Source of the DNA: Octopus vulgaris | Lineage: Eukaryota | Reading direction: 5' to 3' | Length of the DNA: 64,000 bases | Assembly (NCBI GenBank): GCA_951406725.2 | Contig: OX597820.1 | Coordinates: 9,734,001 to 9,798,000, forward strand | In this document: one piece after another, positions 26,782 to 39,425 of the stretch | How positions within the stretch are numbered: the stretch's first letter is position 1 | Layout: each line of letters starts with the position of its first letter | Made by a program: the position numbers and the translations under genes | Notes under the pieces: generated by a model | The model's database searches: none | Told to the model about the DNA's origin: nothing | Seen by the model: only the letters and a program-made list of their open reading frames with translations

Positions 26782-26909
26782 TGTATGTATGTATGTATGT
26801 ATGCATGTATGTATGTATGCATGTACGTATGCCTGTATGTGTGTGTGCGTGTGCGTGCATGTACGTATGTCTGTGTGTGTATGTCTACGTATATATATAT
26901 AATATATAA

Positions 26910-26990
<81 letters not shown>

Positions 26991-27019
26991 GCCTGTCTAT
27001 CTGTCTGTCTGTCTCTTTT

Positions 27020-27612
27020 GTTTTACTAACTCGATTGCGGCCATGCTGGGGCACCGCCTTGAAGGGGTTTTAGTCGTACAAATTAATCCCAGTATTTAAT
27101 TTTCTCTTAAAGTCTGGTACTTATTCTATCGGTGTCTTTTACCGAACCGCTACGTTACAGGGGCGTAAACAGACCAACAGCGGTTGTCAGGAGGTGGTGG
27201 TGGGACAAATATAGACACATGCACACGCAAAGATGCAGGACGATCTTCCACACAGTCCCCATCTTCCAAATTCATTCACAGGGCATTGGTCGGTCCGAAG
27301 CTGTAGCATAAAACACTTGGCCAATGGATTGCTCCTCTACGTGTTCGAGCCAAGAGAAAGACCACTGCTGAAATAGAGGTGTATGCGTTAAGCAATCCTA
27401 TTTCTCTTTTGATATAATAATAAAGATTACTTTGGTGTCTGCGTATTGGCTCAACCATGGCTGTGTGGTTAAATAACACGCTTTACAACCACTTGGTTTC
27501 GGGCTCAGCTCCACTACATGGGACATTGAGCAAAGGTCTTCTACCATAGCTCCGGGCCGATTAAATCATTGTGAGGGAATCTGGAAGACAGAAACTGAAT
27601 GGAAGTCCGTCG
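27020..27612. mobile_element. Two old SINE family A pieces in opposite orientation (27020-27310 minus; 27445-27612 plus)
   Basis: gcggccatgctggggcaccgcc tail on the minus copy; tggctgtgtggtt...gaaactgaa head on the plus copy. Confidence 0.7.
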
Positions 27613-27934
27613 TATGTATGTATGTATGTATGTATGTATGTATGTATGTATGTATGTATGTATGTATGTATGTATGTTTGTATGTATGTATGTATGTATG
27701 TATGTTTGTATGTATGTATGTATGTATGTATGTATGTATGTATGTATGTATGTATGTATGTATGTATGTATGTATGTATGTATGTATGTTTGTATGTATG
27801 TATGTATGTATGTATGTATGTATGTATGTATGTATGTATGTATGTATGTATGTTTGTATGTATGTATGTATGTATGTATTATGTATGTATGTATGTTTGT
27901 ATGTATGTATGTATGTATGTATGTATGTATGTAT

Positions 27935-28995
27935 GTCTCTTCTATTTTTTAATTATTATGAATATTCCATTGAGGAGGGAGCCGGTTTCCAACAAAGACA
28001 TGCGTAATGTCTTCCACAGAAACATGACATAGCCTACACATGCGGTTGCACCTTGGGATTACAAGAGCATCACTGTCTCTCTTGTTCACCAGGTACTTTG
28101 GGGCAATCTCCGGTTCCTGGATTGCAAACGCATAGCCCTCAAGAGAGGCTACGCTTCGTGTCAATTCTACTGTCTTCGTCAAGCTTCCGGGCAACATGCT
28201 CATGCATGATCTGTTTCTTTTTGTATGCTGAGTACTTTCCATCGAGGTCTTCTCTGAGGTAAGAGAGCCCAGCTGTTTTGGGTCTATATAGGAGATCATC
28301 AGGAAGAGAGTGTTTCTTGAGGAGTTCACTGCCGACTCGTACAATGTTGCTCACTTCACCTTTCAGCAGTGCATTAATATATTTATTTTTGCTGCTGCTG
28401 TTTAACGGGTGCTGCCTGACTGATACCTTTTGGCATTCGAAGGCCATCTGCACTGATCTCAGGCCTCTACCATGTTTATTTCTTCTTAGGTAGAGCCTGT
28501 CAACATAACTCTTTCTGTGGAAATTCCCAGTTGTCAGGATTTCACAGGTTTTGATATCTGTGGAGTGGGTTTCCTCTACAGATCAATCAAGTATCCCAAA
28601 TGTTGGGATCAGCACTGGTACTGCAAATGCATTGTGGGATATTGTTTTGTTGTAAGAGGAGAGTTCCGACTGCCATATTTTCCCAAGTCTGGCGTAATAT
28701 TCTCGGGTCACTCGATCTTTATTCACAATGCCTTCATATGATACATTTTCGTCAATGCCTAGACACTCGTAGCATTCTTTGTGTGGAATGGGGGAGATGG
28801 AGAGAACGTTGATGCACAGGTTTTGGATTTGCAGGACTGACTTTCCTCGTTCTATAACCAACCAAATACGAACATTTCTTTTGGCCAAATTCCATCAGCT
28901 GAAAATGTTATTAATCCCAGTCGCTTTTTGGCATTGTTAACATTTTTAGCATAAATCTTGAGGGCGTCTACAAAGAAATTACGAGTTACATTGAT
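27935..28995 (-). mobile_element. Decayed R4/Dong-like (RLE-type) non-LTR retrotransposon fragment
   Basis: RT motif NFFVDALKIYA; YECLGIDEN...NKTISHNAFAVPVLIPTFGILD; LEGYAFAIQE; zinc knuckle CRLCHVSVEDITH. Then jumps to a 3' UTR abutting a long (CATA)n array. Confidence 0.85.
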
Positions 28996-29267
28996 ATTTC
29001 CAGCAGTTGAAGATCCTATCATGTAACCATTTGTTTTCTACAGTGGGAACGATAATGGATTCCGTGCCAAAAATGAAAAGAAGTACGGGAAGACTATCTC
29101 GCAGGAAGAATATTCCTTTTGTAATGCCTATACTATTAGAAGCAATTGTTCTGTTCTTACCACCACCACCACCACCACCACCACCACCACCACCACCACC
29201 ACCGCCACTACCACAACCGCCGCCGCTGCCACCCCCATCATCATCATCATCATCATCGCCGTCGCTG

Positions 29268-29325
<58 letters not shown>

Positions 29326-29326
<1 letters not shown>

Positions 29327-29442
29327 GTTCTATGTTTGACTTTTGCTTTATATTTGTACAAGTTGGCTCCAAGTCTCACCCAGAGACCTCAAGAGACAAC
29401 AGGTTGGAAGTTCATGTTGTTGTTATGCCTAGTGTGCCATAG

Positions 29443-29443
<1 letters not shown>
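29326..29443 (-). mobile_element. 3' end of a Dong-like element inside a (TAA)n array
   Basis: Unique ~115-bp island (ttgaggtctctgggtgagacttgg...caaacatagaac) flanked on both sides by (TAA)n. Confidence 0.5.
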
Positions 29444-29538
<95 letters not shown>

Positions 29539-30802
29539 TTAGTGTCCGTTGCCTAAGCTCTTTCGTCACACATCCTGTGACCTCTTCAGCCACTCTTTAT
29601 TCCACGTGTCTCCTCTTGTTCTGTTTAGTTCATAGCGTCTTTACAGACCAATAAGAGACAAGTAGGATAAAGAGTCGTTGAAAAGGTCACAGGATGCGTG
29701 ACGAAAGAGCTGAGACAAAGGACACGAAATTAAGGACAATAACGAAGTCCAAGTATATATTGTGCACGTGGTTAGTTGGTACAAATATGACCACCCTCAA
29801 TGATAACAGAAATGCTCGAAATGAGGAGTAGATAGACAGCCGACAACAGATGAAGGGTTCTTTCTCTGTGTTTACTTGTCCTGTTTTCCATTTTTCTCTC
29901 GTTGTTTACGTATTTCATGTTATTTGCACCGTTGGTGACGTCCGGTACCCATATATGCATGCATATATATTATGTATAATTTATTACATATATATATACA
30001 CGTACACAGGTCTGTGTGTGTGTGTTTGTGTGTGTATGTTTGTGTGTTTGTCTGTGTGTGTTCCACTGCTCGAAACCGGTGTTGGTGTGATTACGTCTCC
30101 TCCGTAACTGAGCGGTTCGGCAACAGAGACCGATAGAATAAGTCCCAGACATTATAAAAAAAATATGCACTGGAGCCCTATTCTTCAACTAGTCTTTCCA
30201 TTTTTTCTTCAGGCTTGCAAGGTGTGAATTGAGGGACACTTGACTGCTGTTTCTAGCAGGACAAAAGAGCAGAAAGGAAAAACAAATGAAAAACAAAACA
30301 AAAAAAAAACAAAACAAACACCTCCCCTTCCCCGGCCTCCACCAAAAATAATAAATAAACGACGAAAGATTCTCTCTTTGGCACGTTCGTAGAATGGTGA
30401 TGTGCCATATCAGTTTCGAAACAACTGATTCGAGAATGAACGAAAAATATATCGAACAAATTCCATGTGCAATATTATCGATTGGTTTTTAACCAAATTT
30501 CGCTTCGTTAACAAACCAAATTGAGGTTAATCAAATTTTGAGCAATTAAACGTACTCAATTATCAACCTTCATCTGCTCTTGTTGACGCTAGCTAATTAC
30601 AACCAACGCAGCAGAATGTCTAAATAATGGACGTCGCAGTTCGCTTCAAATCAGAGATTTTGGCTCTCACTGACACCAAATCCGTAAAACTATTTATTTT
30701 CCTTTAATGAAATAATTAAAGAGACGTCTCTATACGATTATTTCGGTCCGATATTGTTCGTCTGTCAAACTTGAAGAATTTCCATCGAAATTATAAACAT
30801 GC

Positions 30803-31625
30803 CGGGCGCGGATGTGGCTGTGTGGTAAGCAGCTTGCTTACCCACCACATGGTTCCGGGTTCATTCCATGCGTGGCACCTTGGGCAGCCTCGAGCCGATC
30901 AATGCCTTGTGAGTGGATTTGGTAGACGGAAACTGAAAGAAGCCCGTCGTATATATATGTATATATATATGTATGTGTGTGTATATGTTTATGTGTGTCT
31001 GTGTTTGTCCTCCCCACAACATCGCTTGACAACCGATGGTGGTGTGTTTACGTCCTCGTAACTTAGCAGTTCTGCAAAATTGACCGATAGAATAAGTACT
31101 AGGCTTACATAGAATAAGTCCTGGGGTCGATTTGCTCGACTAAAGGTGGTGCTCCAGCATGGCCGCAGTCAAATGACTTAAACAAGTAAAAGAGTATGCC
31201 GGGCGCTGGTGTGGCTGAGTGGTAAGAAGTTTGCTTCCCAACCGAATGGTTCCGGTTTTTGGTCCTCTGCCGGCGTGGCACCTTAGGCAAGTATCTTCTA
31301 CTATAGCCTCGACACGACCAAAGTCTTGAGAGTAGGTTTAGTAGACGGAAACTGAAAGAAGCCCATCGTATACAGACACACATACACACATATATTTATG
31401 TCTGGGTGTCTTTTTGTCTGTATTTGTCCTCCATCACCGCTTGACAACCGGCGTTGGTGTGTTTATATCTCCATAACTTAGTGGTTCGGCAAAAAAGACT
31501 GATAGAATAAATATCAGGTTTTAAAAAAATGTAAGTAATAGGATCGATTCGTTCGACAAAAAATTCTTCAAGGCGGTGCCCCAGCATGGCCGCAGTCTAG
31601 TGACTGAAACAAGTAAACAGAAGAT
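30803..31625 (+). mobile_element. Two head-to-tail SINE family A copies (30803-31194 and 31201-31625)
   Basis: Two complete head-to-tail units, both preceded by atgccgggcgc. Confidence 0.88.
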
Positions 31626-31699
31626 ACAAGATACATGAGGGTAGTTAAGATGTTGGCTACACAGCGACATGGCCCAAGATTCGAAACCCAGCTGCCACC

Positions 31700-31993
31700 A
31701 AAATTTCGGGCCTTTTGGTGGAGGCGGGGCAGTCGATTAGTGCTTAATTTATCGACCTCAAAACGATGAAAAGCAAAGTCGACCTCAGCGGAATTTGAAC
31801 TCTCCTGTTTTGTTTTTCACACATTAACTTATGTAGGTTGAACCACGTAAACTGTTAGGGAAAGAAATCTAGATGTTTCTTGTAAATTCTCACTATAGTA
31901 GAAGACACTTGCCCAATATGCCGCGCTGTGGGACTGAAGCCGGAACCATGTGGTTGGTAAGCAAGCTTCTTACCACACAGCCACTCGTGCGCC
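31700..31993 (-). mobile_element. SINE B fragment (31700-31800) and SINE A head (31893-31993)
   Basis: Direct match to family cores. Confidence 0.8.
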
Positions 31994-32694
31994 TCGAAAC
32001 TTTGACTACAGATTGCGCTCAGCAGTCTCTTATTTCTGCCTAGTTGTCTAATTCCTTGTACACCTCCAAGAGCATTAGCAGTACAAGCGAAGTACAAACT
32101 ATGGCTTCAAATTAAAAACAGATTGCGGATTTATATTGCTTACCGCATATTCTGCGACGTGCCATAATGTGGTCTGAAATTATATTACTCCCCTGTGAAT
32201 TTAAATTAGATTTGATACCTGTTTATTAAATATAGAACAAATAATTATAATTACAATGTAATTACGCTTATACAATATAATTACAATTATAATTACGCTC
32301 ATGATTATAACTTGCGTGCGTGTGTGTATTCTATTGAATTTAATGCAGTTTTCTATCGATATTTCTTTTGCATTAGTGATGAGGCTTAGGTTAAACCTAT
32401 CAGATACGAAGTTTTAAATGCCACTTTTGATTGCACATAAAGAGTATATTTTTTTCCCTAAAAATCTTTCTAAAAAGTTTTCTCGAGTCCTGTATGCAAA
32501 CTTGGGCCTCCATAAACTCATTTTGCCCCTAACACTCACGACTGTAAGCTTATGTAATCTGGATGGAATCTTTTACCTAACCTGACTCCACAGTAATAAT
32601 ATTTACTAAAATGTTATCATTACTAAGACGGTGAGCTGGCATATATATATATAGATATATATAGATAGATATATATATATATAGATATATATAT

Positions 32695-32853
32695 ACGACA
32701 GGCTTCTTTCAGTTTCCGTCTACCAAATCCACTCACAAGGCTTTGGTCGGCCCGAGGCTATAGTAGAAGACACTTGCCCAAGGTGCCACTCAGTGGGACT
32801 GAACCCCGGAACCATGTGGTTGGTAAGCAAGCTACTTACCACACAGCCACTCC
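32695..32853 (-). mobile_element. SINE family A 5' half
   Basis: acgacaggcttctttcag...ccacacagccactcct. Confidence 0.9.
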
Positions 32854-33682
32854 TTTGCAGCAACGCGTACTTGCGTCACTTGCGCCACTTGTGCTGCTTG
32901 CGCCACTCGCTCCCCTCAGCTTTCGCTGCAGCGCTACCACAATGTCAGTCGTGTAATCGACTATACTCGTCTCCTACGCATTCCTTTTTGTGTAACGGAG
33001 CCTTACTGTGCAACAAAAGCATCGTTATTATGGGTCTTTTGTTGAAATAAATAAATTAGCAACAATTTCATTATAGAAGTAATATCAAACACACACACAC
33101 ATACACGCACACAAACGCAAAATAGATGATTCTCGTAATTAAATCCTGAAAGATGTGGCCTTCTTAATAATTTCGTAGCGTTAATTTGATAACAATAAAA
33201 CCGGCGCTAATGAAATTGCTAAGACGTTGCCCGAGATAGACAAATTCGCGGTGACACATACGCTACACCATACAAATAGCTTGCTGCAGCATATAATTGT
33301 ATTTGCTTTCCCGGCTAACGTAAGTCACATTTTCAACGATAGCCATTTTTTAATCGTATAATGTATATCTCTGCTTATATATAAAAAACAATTGGAACTG
33401 CTAGTAACAATTAATATTTAATCTACGTATGAAATGAAATAGATAAAATTAATGTTTAATTCGTATAAGAAATAGAAGTATTTAATCTTCTGATGATATA
33501 GAAAAACAGAAGAAAAACAGAAGCACATTAACTCCAGTGTCTGAGTGATAACAAATAATCTTTCTTTATACAGAATTTGAAACTAGTTTCCTATTATCAG
33601 GTGTGGATTTTCTCTCCAGTTCCGCCACAAATTACTCCTGAAATTGTTATGAACGTCGTGTAGCTTAAATTTCTTATCTTCC

Positions 33683-33840
33683 AGGCGCAGGCGTGGCTGT
33701 GTGGTTAAGAAGTCTGCTTCTCAACCACATGGTTTTGAATTCAGTACCACTGCGTGGCACCTTAGGCAAGTACTTTCTTCTATAGCCCCGGGTCAACTAA
33801 AGCTTTGTGAATCGATTTGGTAGACGGAAACTGAAAGATG

Positions 33841-33842
<2 letters not shown>
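33683..33842 (+). mobile_element. SINE family A 5' half
   Basis: aggcgcaggcgtggctgtgtgg...gaaactgaaag, running into (TA)n. Confidence 0.88.
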
Positions 33843-33902
<60 letters not shown>

Positions 33903-33940
33903 TAGAACTGTTTCATTCTTTATATATATATATATATATA

Positions 33941-34799
33941 TATTTTATATATAAAGTGAAGTTGTGTGTCTGTCTCCTCCGATTTAGATTCCTAACTACT
34001 CCCACATTTTGTGGTGCCGTTTAACCAAAACCAGGTATCTTATAGTCGTGATTCATATCGAGCCCTTCTGGGTATTAGCGCGCGTCTACGATGAGTCTAC
34101 GATTTAAAAAAAAAATTTACCATCATTTTTTCCATTTTAATGCATTTTTCGCTATTATATAAGGGAAGTAACTCTCTAAAAATGTCTACGATGAGCATCT
34201 CGAAAGAGTCCAGAAGCTGGCTACCCGCATGGTTCATGGTCTCAAAAATTTGTCCTATGAAGAAAGGCTGAGGACGCTCGACCTTTATTCTCTTGAAAAA
34301 CGCCGCCGCCGTGGTGATCTCATTCTCGCCCACAACATCATAAGCGGAAAGTGTAACCTCTCGAAAGAGCTGTTCTTCACTCCTGCTCCAGAGCGTCGGC
34401 TGCGGGGTCATTCCGAAAAGCTCTACCTGTGACGATTTCATCTCAATCGAAGGAGAGGAGCTTTCTCCGTCCGGGTTGCGGATCCGTGGAACAAGCTGCC
34501 AGACGAGATGGTGAAGATGCCGACGACTGCTTTGTTCAAAGCCTCCCTGGACCTCAAGTGGCCTGAACTCTTTACATGAACACCACCCTGTACTTAACTC
34601 CATGTCCCCCTACATGGCCTTGCTATTTGCTTTTGAGCCAAATTAACTAACTAACTAACTAACTAACTAACGATTTAAAAAAAAATTTACCATAATTTTT
34701 TTTCCATTTTTAATGCATTTTTTTGCTATTTTTTGCTATAACTCTCTAAAAATGCTTATATAGTTATTTCCCTCACAAACACGAGCAACGCAACTGCTA

Positions 34800-34800
<1 letters not shown>
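33941..34800 (+). mobile_element. Non-autonomous Helitron with nested CR1 insertion
   Basis: Body nearly identical to 43691-44085; ends gagcaacg...gCTAG|t. 5' end blurred by (TA)n. Confidence 0.82.
34196..34670 (+). mobile_element. 5'-truncated CR1-clade LINE 3' end
   Basis: LERVQKLATRMVHGLKNLSYEERLRTLDLYSLEKRRRRGDLI...RGHSEKL...FSVRVADPWNKLP, then a short UTR and (CTAA)n tail. Confidence 0.92.
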
Positions 34801-34849
<49 letters not shown>

Positions 34850-34977
34850 CAGCGTGGAAGGTGTTTGTAGCCATTTAGAACACACAAAAGCCTTCGATTC
34901 ACTCAACATTTAGTTTAATTTGTCAATATTTTCATCGCTAAATCGCGACCTAAAGTCCGTGCTGCATCTTGTCATCG

Positions 34978-35014
<37 letters not shown>

Positions 35015-35755
35015 AAGAACACAATATGTGTATATGTTTTGTTTGTGTGTGTGTGTGTTTGTTTGTTTGTGTCCAGTGGCTGAAGTAGCTAGGAGATAAA
35101 AGATTAATTTCTGTATCTGGGTGGTTAAAAAAATAACCTTCTGGTATACAGAGTTTGAAAGCAGGTTCTGAGTATCAGCTATAAATTTTTCCCTTGGTCA
35201 CAAAGAGGACTTCTTAATCCCTCAGCCGTTTTCAGAACAAGTCAGCGAGAGAGCCTTTTCGTGATCGCACGATTTGCTAGAAATAGCAACAAATCTCCCT
35301 CGGTCCACATTATACCCTCTTAACTAATGAACATATTAGATAATATAGTCTTCAAAAAACCAATAAAAGGCGGTGTGGTCATGTTTAGAGAGCATTTGAT
35401 CATAGGGCTGCCTAAACAACAATAACAACGGTTAAGCGTTATTCTCATGAACATTTATTTACTCGTCTGAAACAATATGTGAAAATTGTGCGGTATTTGA
35501 CACGATGAACAGTATATGAAGACAGTAAGGGTATTTGATTCTATGTTATTGAAATACTACACGTGTTACATGATAACATCTAAAAAAATGCGATACAATG
35601 GATTATTTAATATACTATGGAATAATTTAAACGGTAATACGACGAGCAATTACATGTATGATATGCAATTGGGGGATATGATAAACAAAAAGAGGATATT
35701 AATGCATTTGTAATGAGATATAAATGAATAAGGGCTTGAAGAACATTGTACAATG

Positions 35756-35793
<38 letters not shown>

Positions 35794-35892
35794 ATATTTA
35801 TATGTGCATGTATATATGCATGTGTATATATACATATCTATATATATGCATATATATGTATATATATATCTACATACATATATATGTATATA

Positions 35893-35937
<45 letters not shown>

Positions 35938-35957
35938 CACACACATACACACATACA

Positions 35958-36008
<51 letters not shown>

Positions 36009-36282
36009 GTATTTATATGTGCATATATATATATAGTGTACTGTTCCGTTATTGGTAAGTCCAGCAAAAAAGTACTCTGTCCGGTGAGAGATAAATATTA
36101 TTTAATAAAGATAAGATTTATATGTGAGCAACTGTAAGTTTCATGCTTCGATAACAGATTGATCGGACAGGGTTGTATAGCCTGCGGTGTACTATTATGC
36201 AGAGCCCGAATGAGTATAGGATAATACATTGTACGTTACTCAAACTCATTCGATTACGGTGCTATCCGAGCATGAAATGGTT

Positions 36283-36461
36283 GAAATTTACAAAAAGAAG
36301 GTGAAGACAGGTGTATAAACAAGAAATAGGTCTATTAGTCTGACGCTGGGGAAGGTGAGAAAGTCTTTTATGTTTCGATCCACCGCTCCTCAACAGAAAG
36401 GAACAGGAGGAAATGAACAGTGAGAGAATAAAAAAACTTTTGAAGCTAGCGGTCAATCATG
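36283..36461 (-). mobile_element. Short hammerhead-like element, family H1 (diverged copy)
   Basis: Colinear with 48828-49022; motif CTTT CTGTTGA G GAGC GGTG GATC GAAAC ATA AAAG at 36364-36400. Confidence 0.6.
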
Positions 36462-36477
36462 GTAGCTCGTGTGTGTT

Positions 36478-36529
<52 letters not shown>

Positions 36530-36692
36530 CATATTTGTGTGTATGTATGTATAATTTAATAAACACAGGAAACAAAGTTTTTTTAAACTGAACAACAATG
36601 AATATAATGAATATTCCAAAAGAAAAGCAGGGTCGGTTTATCAGGTAATGATCAGAAACGATGAACTCTGAGTACTGGCAATAGGAATCTTT

Positions 36693-36765
<73 letters not shown>

Positions 36766-36808
36766 TCATACGTGCACTAACATAGACACAGACACAGACA
36801 GACAGACA

Positions 36809-36863
<55 letters not shown>

Positions 36864-36927
36864 ACACGTCCATATTTATTTTCATCATTTTATGTTATAA
36901 TTAGTAGAGTGAAAATACCTTGCTTAC

Positions 36928-37437
36928 CTGTAATTTTCAGAGTGACAAGTATTTCTGGCGTCAAAGGTACAGCAACGAACATTTTCCCCCATGTCGTGAT
37001 CGGTGGCAACATTTCCGAAGTTGATATCGGGGGTTCGAAACACACCGTCCCATTTCGTGGGTCGTATGCTGATATACCAGCAACAAGAACTCCGACTGGT
37101 CGGCTGGCGCTTATTTTCACGCCGTCCATCAAATTACCATCGTCCAAGGCCAGAACCTCGTTTGGTTTAATGGTGTAATTGAATTCCGTGTCCCCAAGTC
37201 CGCAGATAAGGAGGTCACACAGAGAACTGTTGCTGTTGACGGTCAGCGTGACGTTGGTCAGAGTTTTTGGAATCCCTTGAGGTAAGATGTAAACCGTCGA
37301 AGACATGTTTATAGACGTACTGGGAGTCATGATGACGTAATCGGTTCCGAAAGTGTCCGTCGGATACAATTGGCTCCTGTCCCCTTTCTGCCGGCCGTAC
37401 ATGACACACACATCTCCGGTGGCTATTAGCAACAAAG
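36928..37437 (-). CDS. Internal coding exon of the IgGFc-binding-domain membrane protein
   Basis: Acceptor ttttttttattttacag|CT TTG and donor ATT ACA G|gtaagc; 510 nt, phase 1-1. Motifs LYPTDTFGTDYVI, GVKISASRPVGVLVAG and EMLPPITTWGKMFVAVP match the IgGFc-binding pattern (LPxxxLGxxY, GxxIxSxKPVxV, EQLxPxxxWGxxF). Confidence 0.87.
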
Positions 37438-37570
37438 CTGTAAAATAAAAAAAAATGTGATAATAATAAAGATGATGATGATGATGATGATAGTGATAAC
37501 AACAGCAACAACAACAACAATAATTTCATCCGTCGTGCTAACGATTCTGCCAGCTCACTGCTTTACAACA

Positions 37571-37626
<56 letters not shown>

Positions 37627-37767
37627 ATTTTGCCATGAGGGCAGCAATTTTTGGGGAGCGGATGAGTCGATTACATCGACTTCAGTGTTCGACTGGTACT
37701 TATTTTATCGACACCCCCCTACGAAAGAATGAAAGGCAAAGTTGACCTCAGCGGATTTAATAATAAT

Positions 37768-37813
<46 letters not shown>

Positions 37814-37823
37814 TAATAATAAT

Positions 37824-37860
<37 letters not shown>

Positions 37861-37863
<3 letters not shown>

Positions 37864-38122
37864 GAAACAATTCCTGTGATGGTGTATGTATTATGTAGGA
37901 TAAAAAATATGCAGACAAATACATAACAAAAACACCAGGACTAATAACTACATATAACATACAAAATATAGCACTATTAGGTACTGCACATATCTTATGT
38001 AAAACACTTTCAATACAGTAAAAATAAGATCATCACAGTAAACCACAGCACATACCCCAGGCACATAGAGCTGCGCTCGGTAGTGAAGTGAAAGCACGTT
38101 ATAAAAATAAAACTACTGAATA
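37861..38122 (+). mobile_element. 3' end of a Dong/R4-like retrotransposon inserted in (TAA)n
   Basis: TETIPVMV...KYADKYITKTPG...IQNIALLGTAHILCKTLSIQ* is the typical RLE C-terminus. Followed by a UTR; flanked by (TAA)n and (CAA)n/(TAA)n. Confidence 0.8.
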
Positions 38123-38161
38123 ACAACAACAACGACAACAATAACAACAACAACAGCAGCA

Positions 38162-38226
<65 letters not shown>

Positions 38227-38245
38227 CCTTTCGGATCTAGTTTTT

Positions 38246-38450
38246 TTCAGAGACCCAGTAACTCGGTCTCGAACGTGACGCCGGTCTGTCTCAGGGTTAC
38301 GAGCTTGCGACTCAGGGTTACGAGCTTGCGACTCAGGGTTACGAGCTTGCGACTCAGGGCTACGAGCTTGTTACTCAGGGTTACGAGCTTGCGACTCAGA
38401 GACGCAGTTACTCGGTCTCGAACGTGACGCCAGCCCGTCTCAGTGTTACT
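38246..38450. repeat. GC-rich composite minisatellite: 44-bp unit + 5 x 21-bp unit + 44-bp unit
   Basis: ctcagggttacgagcttgcga at 38290, 38311, 38332, 38353 and 38374, bracketed by cagagac(c/g)cagt(a/t)actcggtctcgaacgtgacgcc. Confidence 0.92.
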
Positions 38451-39131
38451 CATGTTACAGTTGAGTGACCTGGGGTAACTTGAAATGAAGCGTTTTTGCT
38501 GAAGAACACAACACACCACCCGGTCGGGGAATCGAATGTGAATGCAACACGTTAACCACTAGGCCACGCACGTTCACGAAAATTATGCATGGAGCGAGAG
38601 AAAATGAGACGTGCCATATCTAATATGCGGTTTATATAACACCAGAGTGCTCGATCCGTCAATAATGACAGCGTGAGTTTTAATAAACTTTGTGGTAATT
38701 ATAACATTTGGGCTTGCCATGTATGAATGTTCGATTTTCCCAATTGGCGTTATTGTTGAAGAATGTATATGATGAAAGTTGTTCATGAGAGTAGGAAGAT
38801 GTAAATAAAAATGTCAAAATAACAGGAAAATAAGGAAATTAATATTTATTGCTTCTCAAATATTGTCTATGTTGTACAATACGTTGCAGTTAATCATTCA
38901 CACAAACATGAAAAAAAATAATTAGTTGAGCATTATGAGGCAAAGAAGAGAGCAGAACGGACTTTCAATTGCAATAAAAAATAATAATAATAATAAATAA
39001 ACCGAACGGTACAAGCCTGTGTCGAACAATTAGAGCTCATATCGAATAATCTAGAAAGTAAAGCCCAGAAAGTGGGGCACATTCAAAAGCCTCAACGAAT
39101 TAAGTGTTACTCACAAAAAGTAAAAATACAT

Positions 39132-39301
39132 AGGCGCAAGCGTGGTTGTGTGGTAAGAAGCTTGCTTGCCAAACATATGGTTCCGGGGTTCAGTTCCACT
39201 GCGTGGCACTTTGGGCAAGTGTCTTCTACTATAGCCTCGGACCGACCAAAATCTTGTGAGTGGATTTGGTAGACAGAAACTGAAAGAAGCCCGTCGAGTG
39301 A

Positions 39302-39343
<42 letters not shown>

Positions 39344-39381
39344 TCACTCGACGGGCTTTCAGTTTCCGTCTACCAAATCCA

Positions 39382-39385
<4 letters not shown>
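39132..39385 (+). mobile_element. SINE family A head ending in a fold-back palindrome
   Basis: 39257-39302 is mirrored at 39341-39385 across a (TA)n centre. Confidence 0.9.

Positions 39386-39425
<40 letters not shown>

Noticed and set aside
38251-38270. Opposed BsaI sites suggesting a synthetic cloning scar
   Set aside because: The second copy of the unit is degenerate (gagacg) and no vector sequence is nearby; more likely a natural hairpin.
38290-38394. CRISPR-like repeat array
   Set aside because: Repeats are contiguous with no spacers, there are no cas genes, and the context is eukaryotic.
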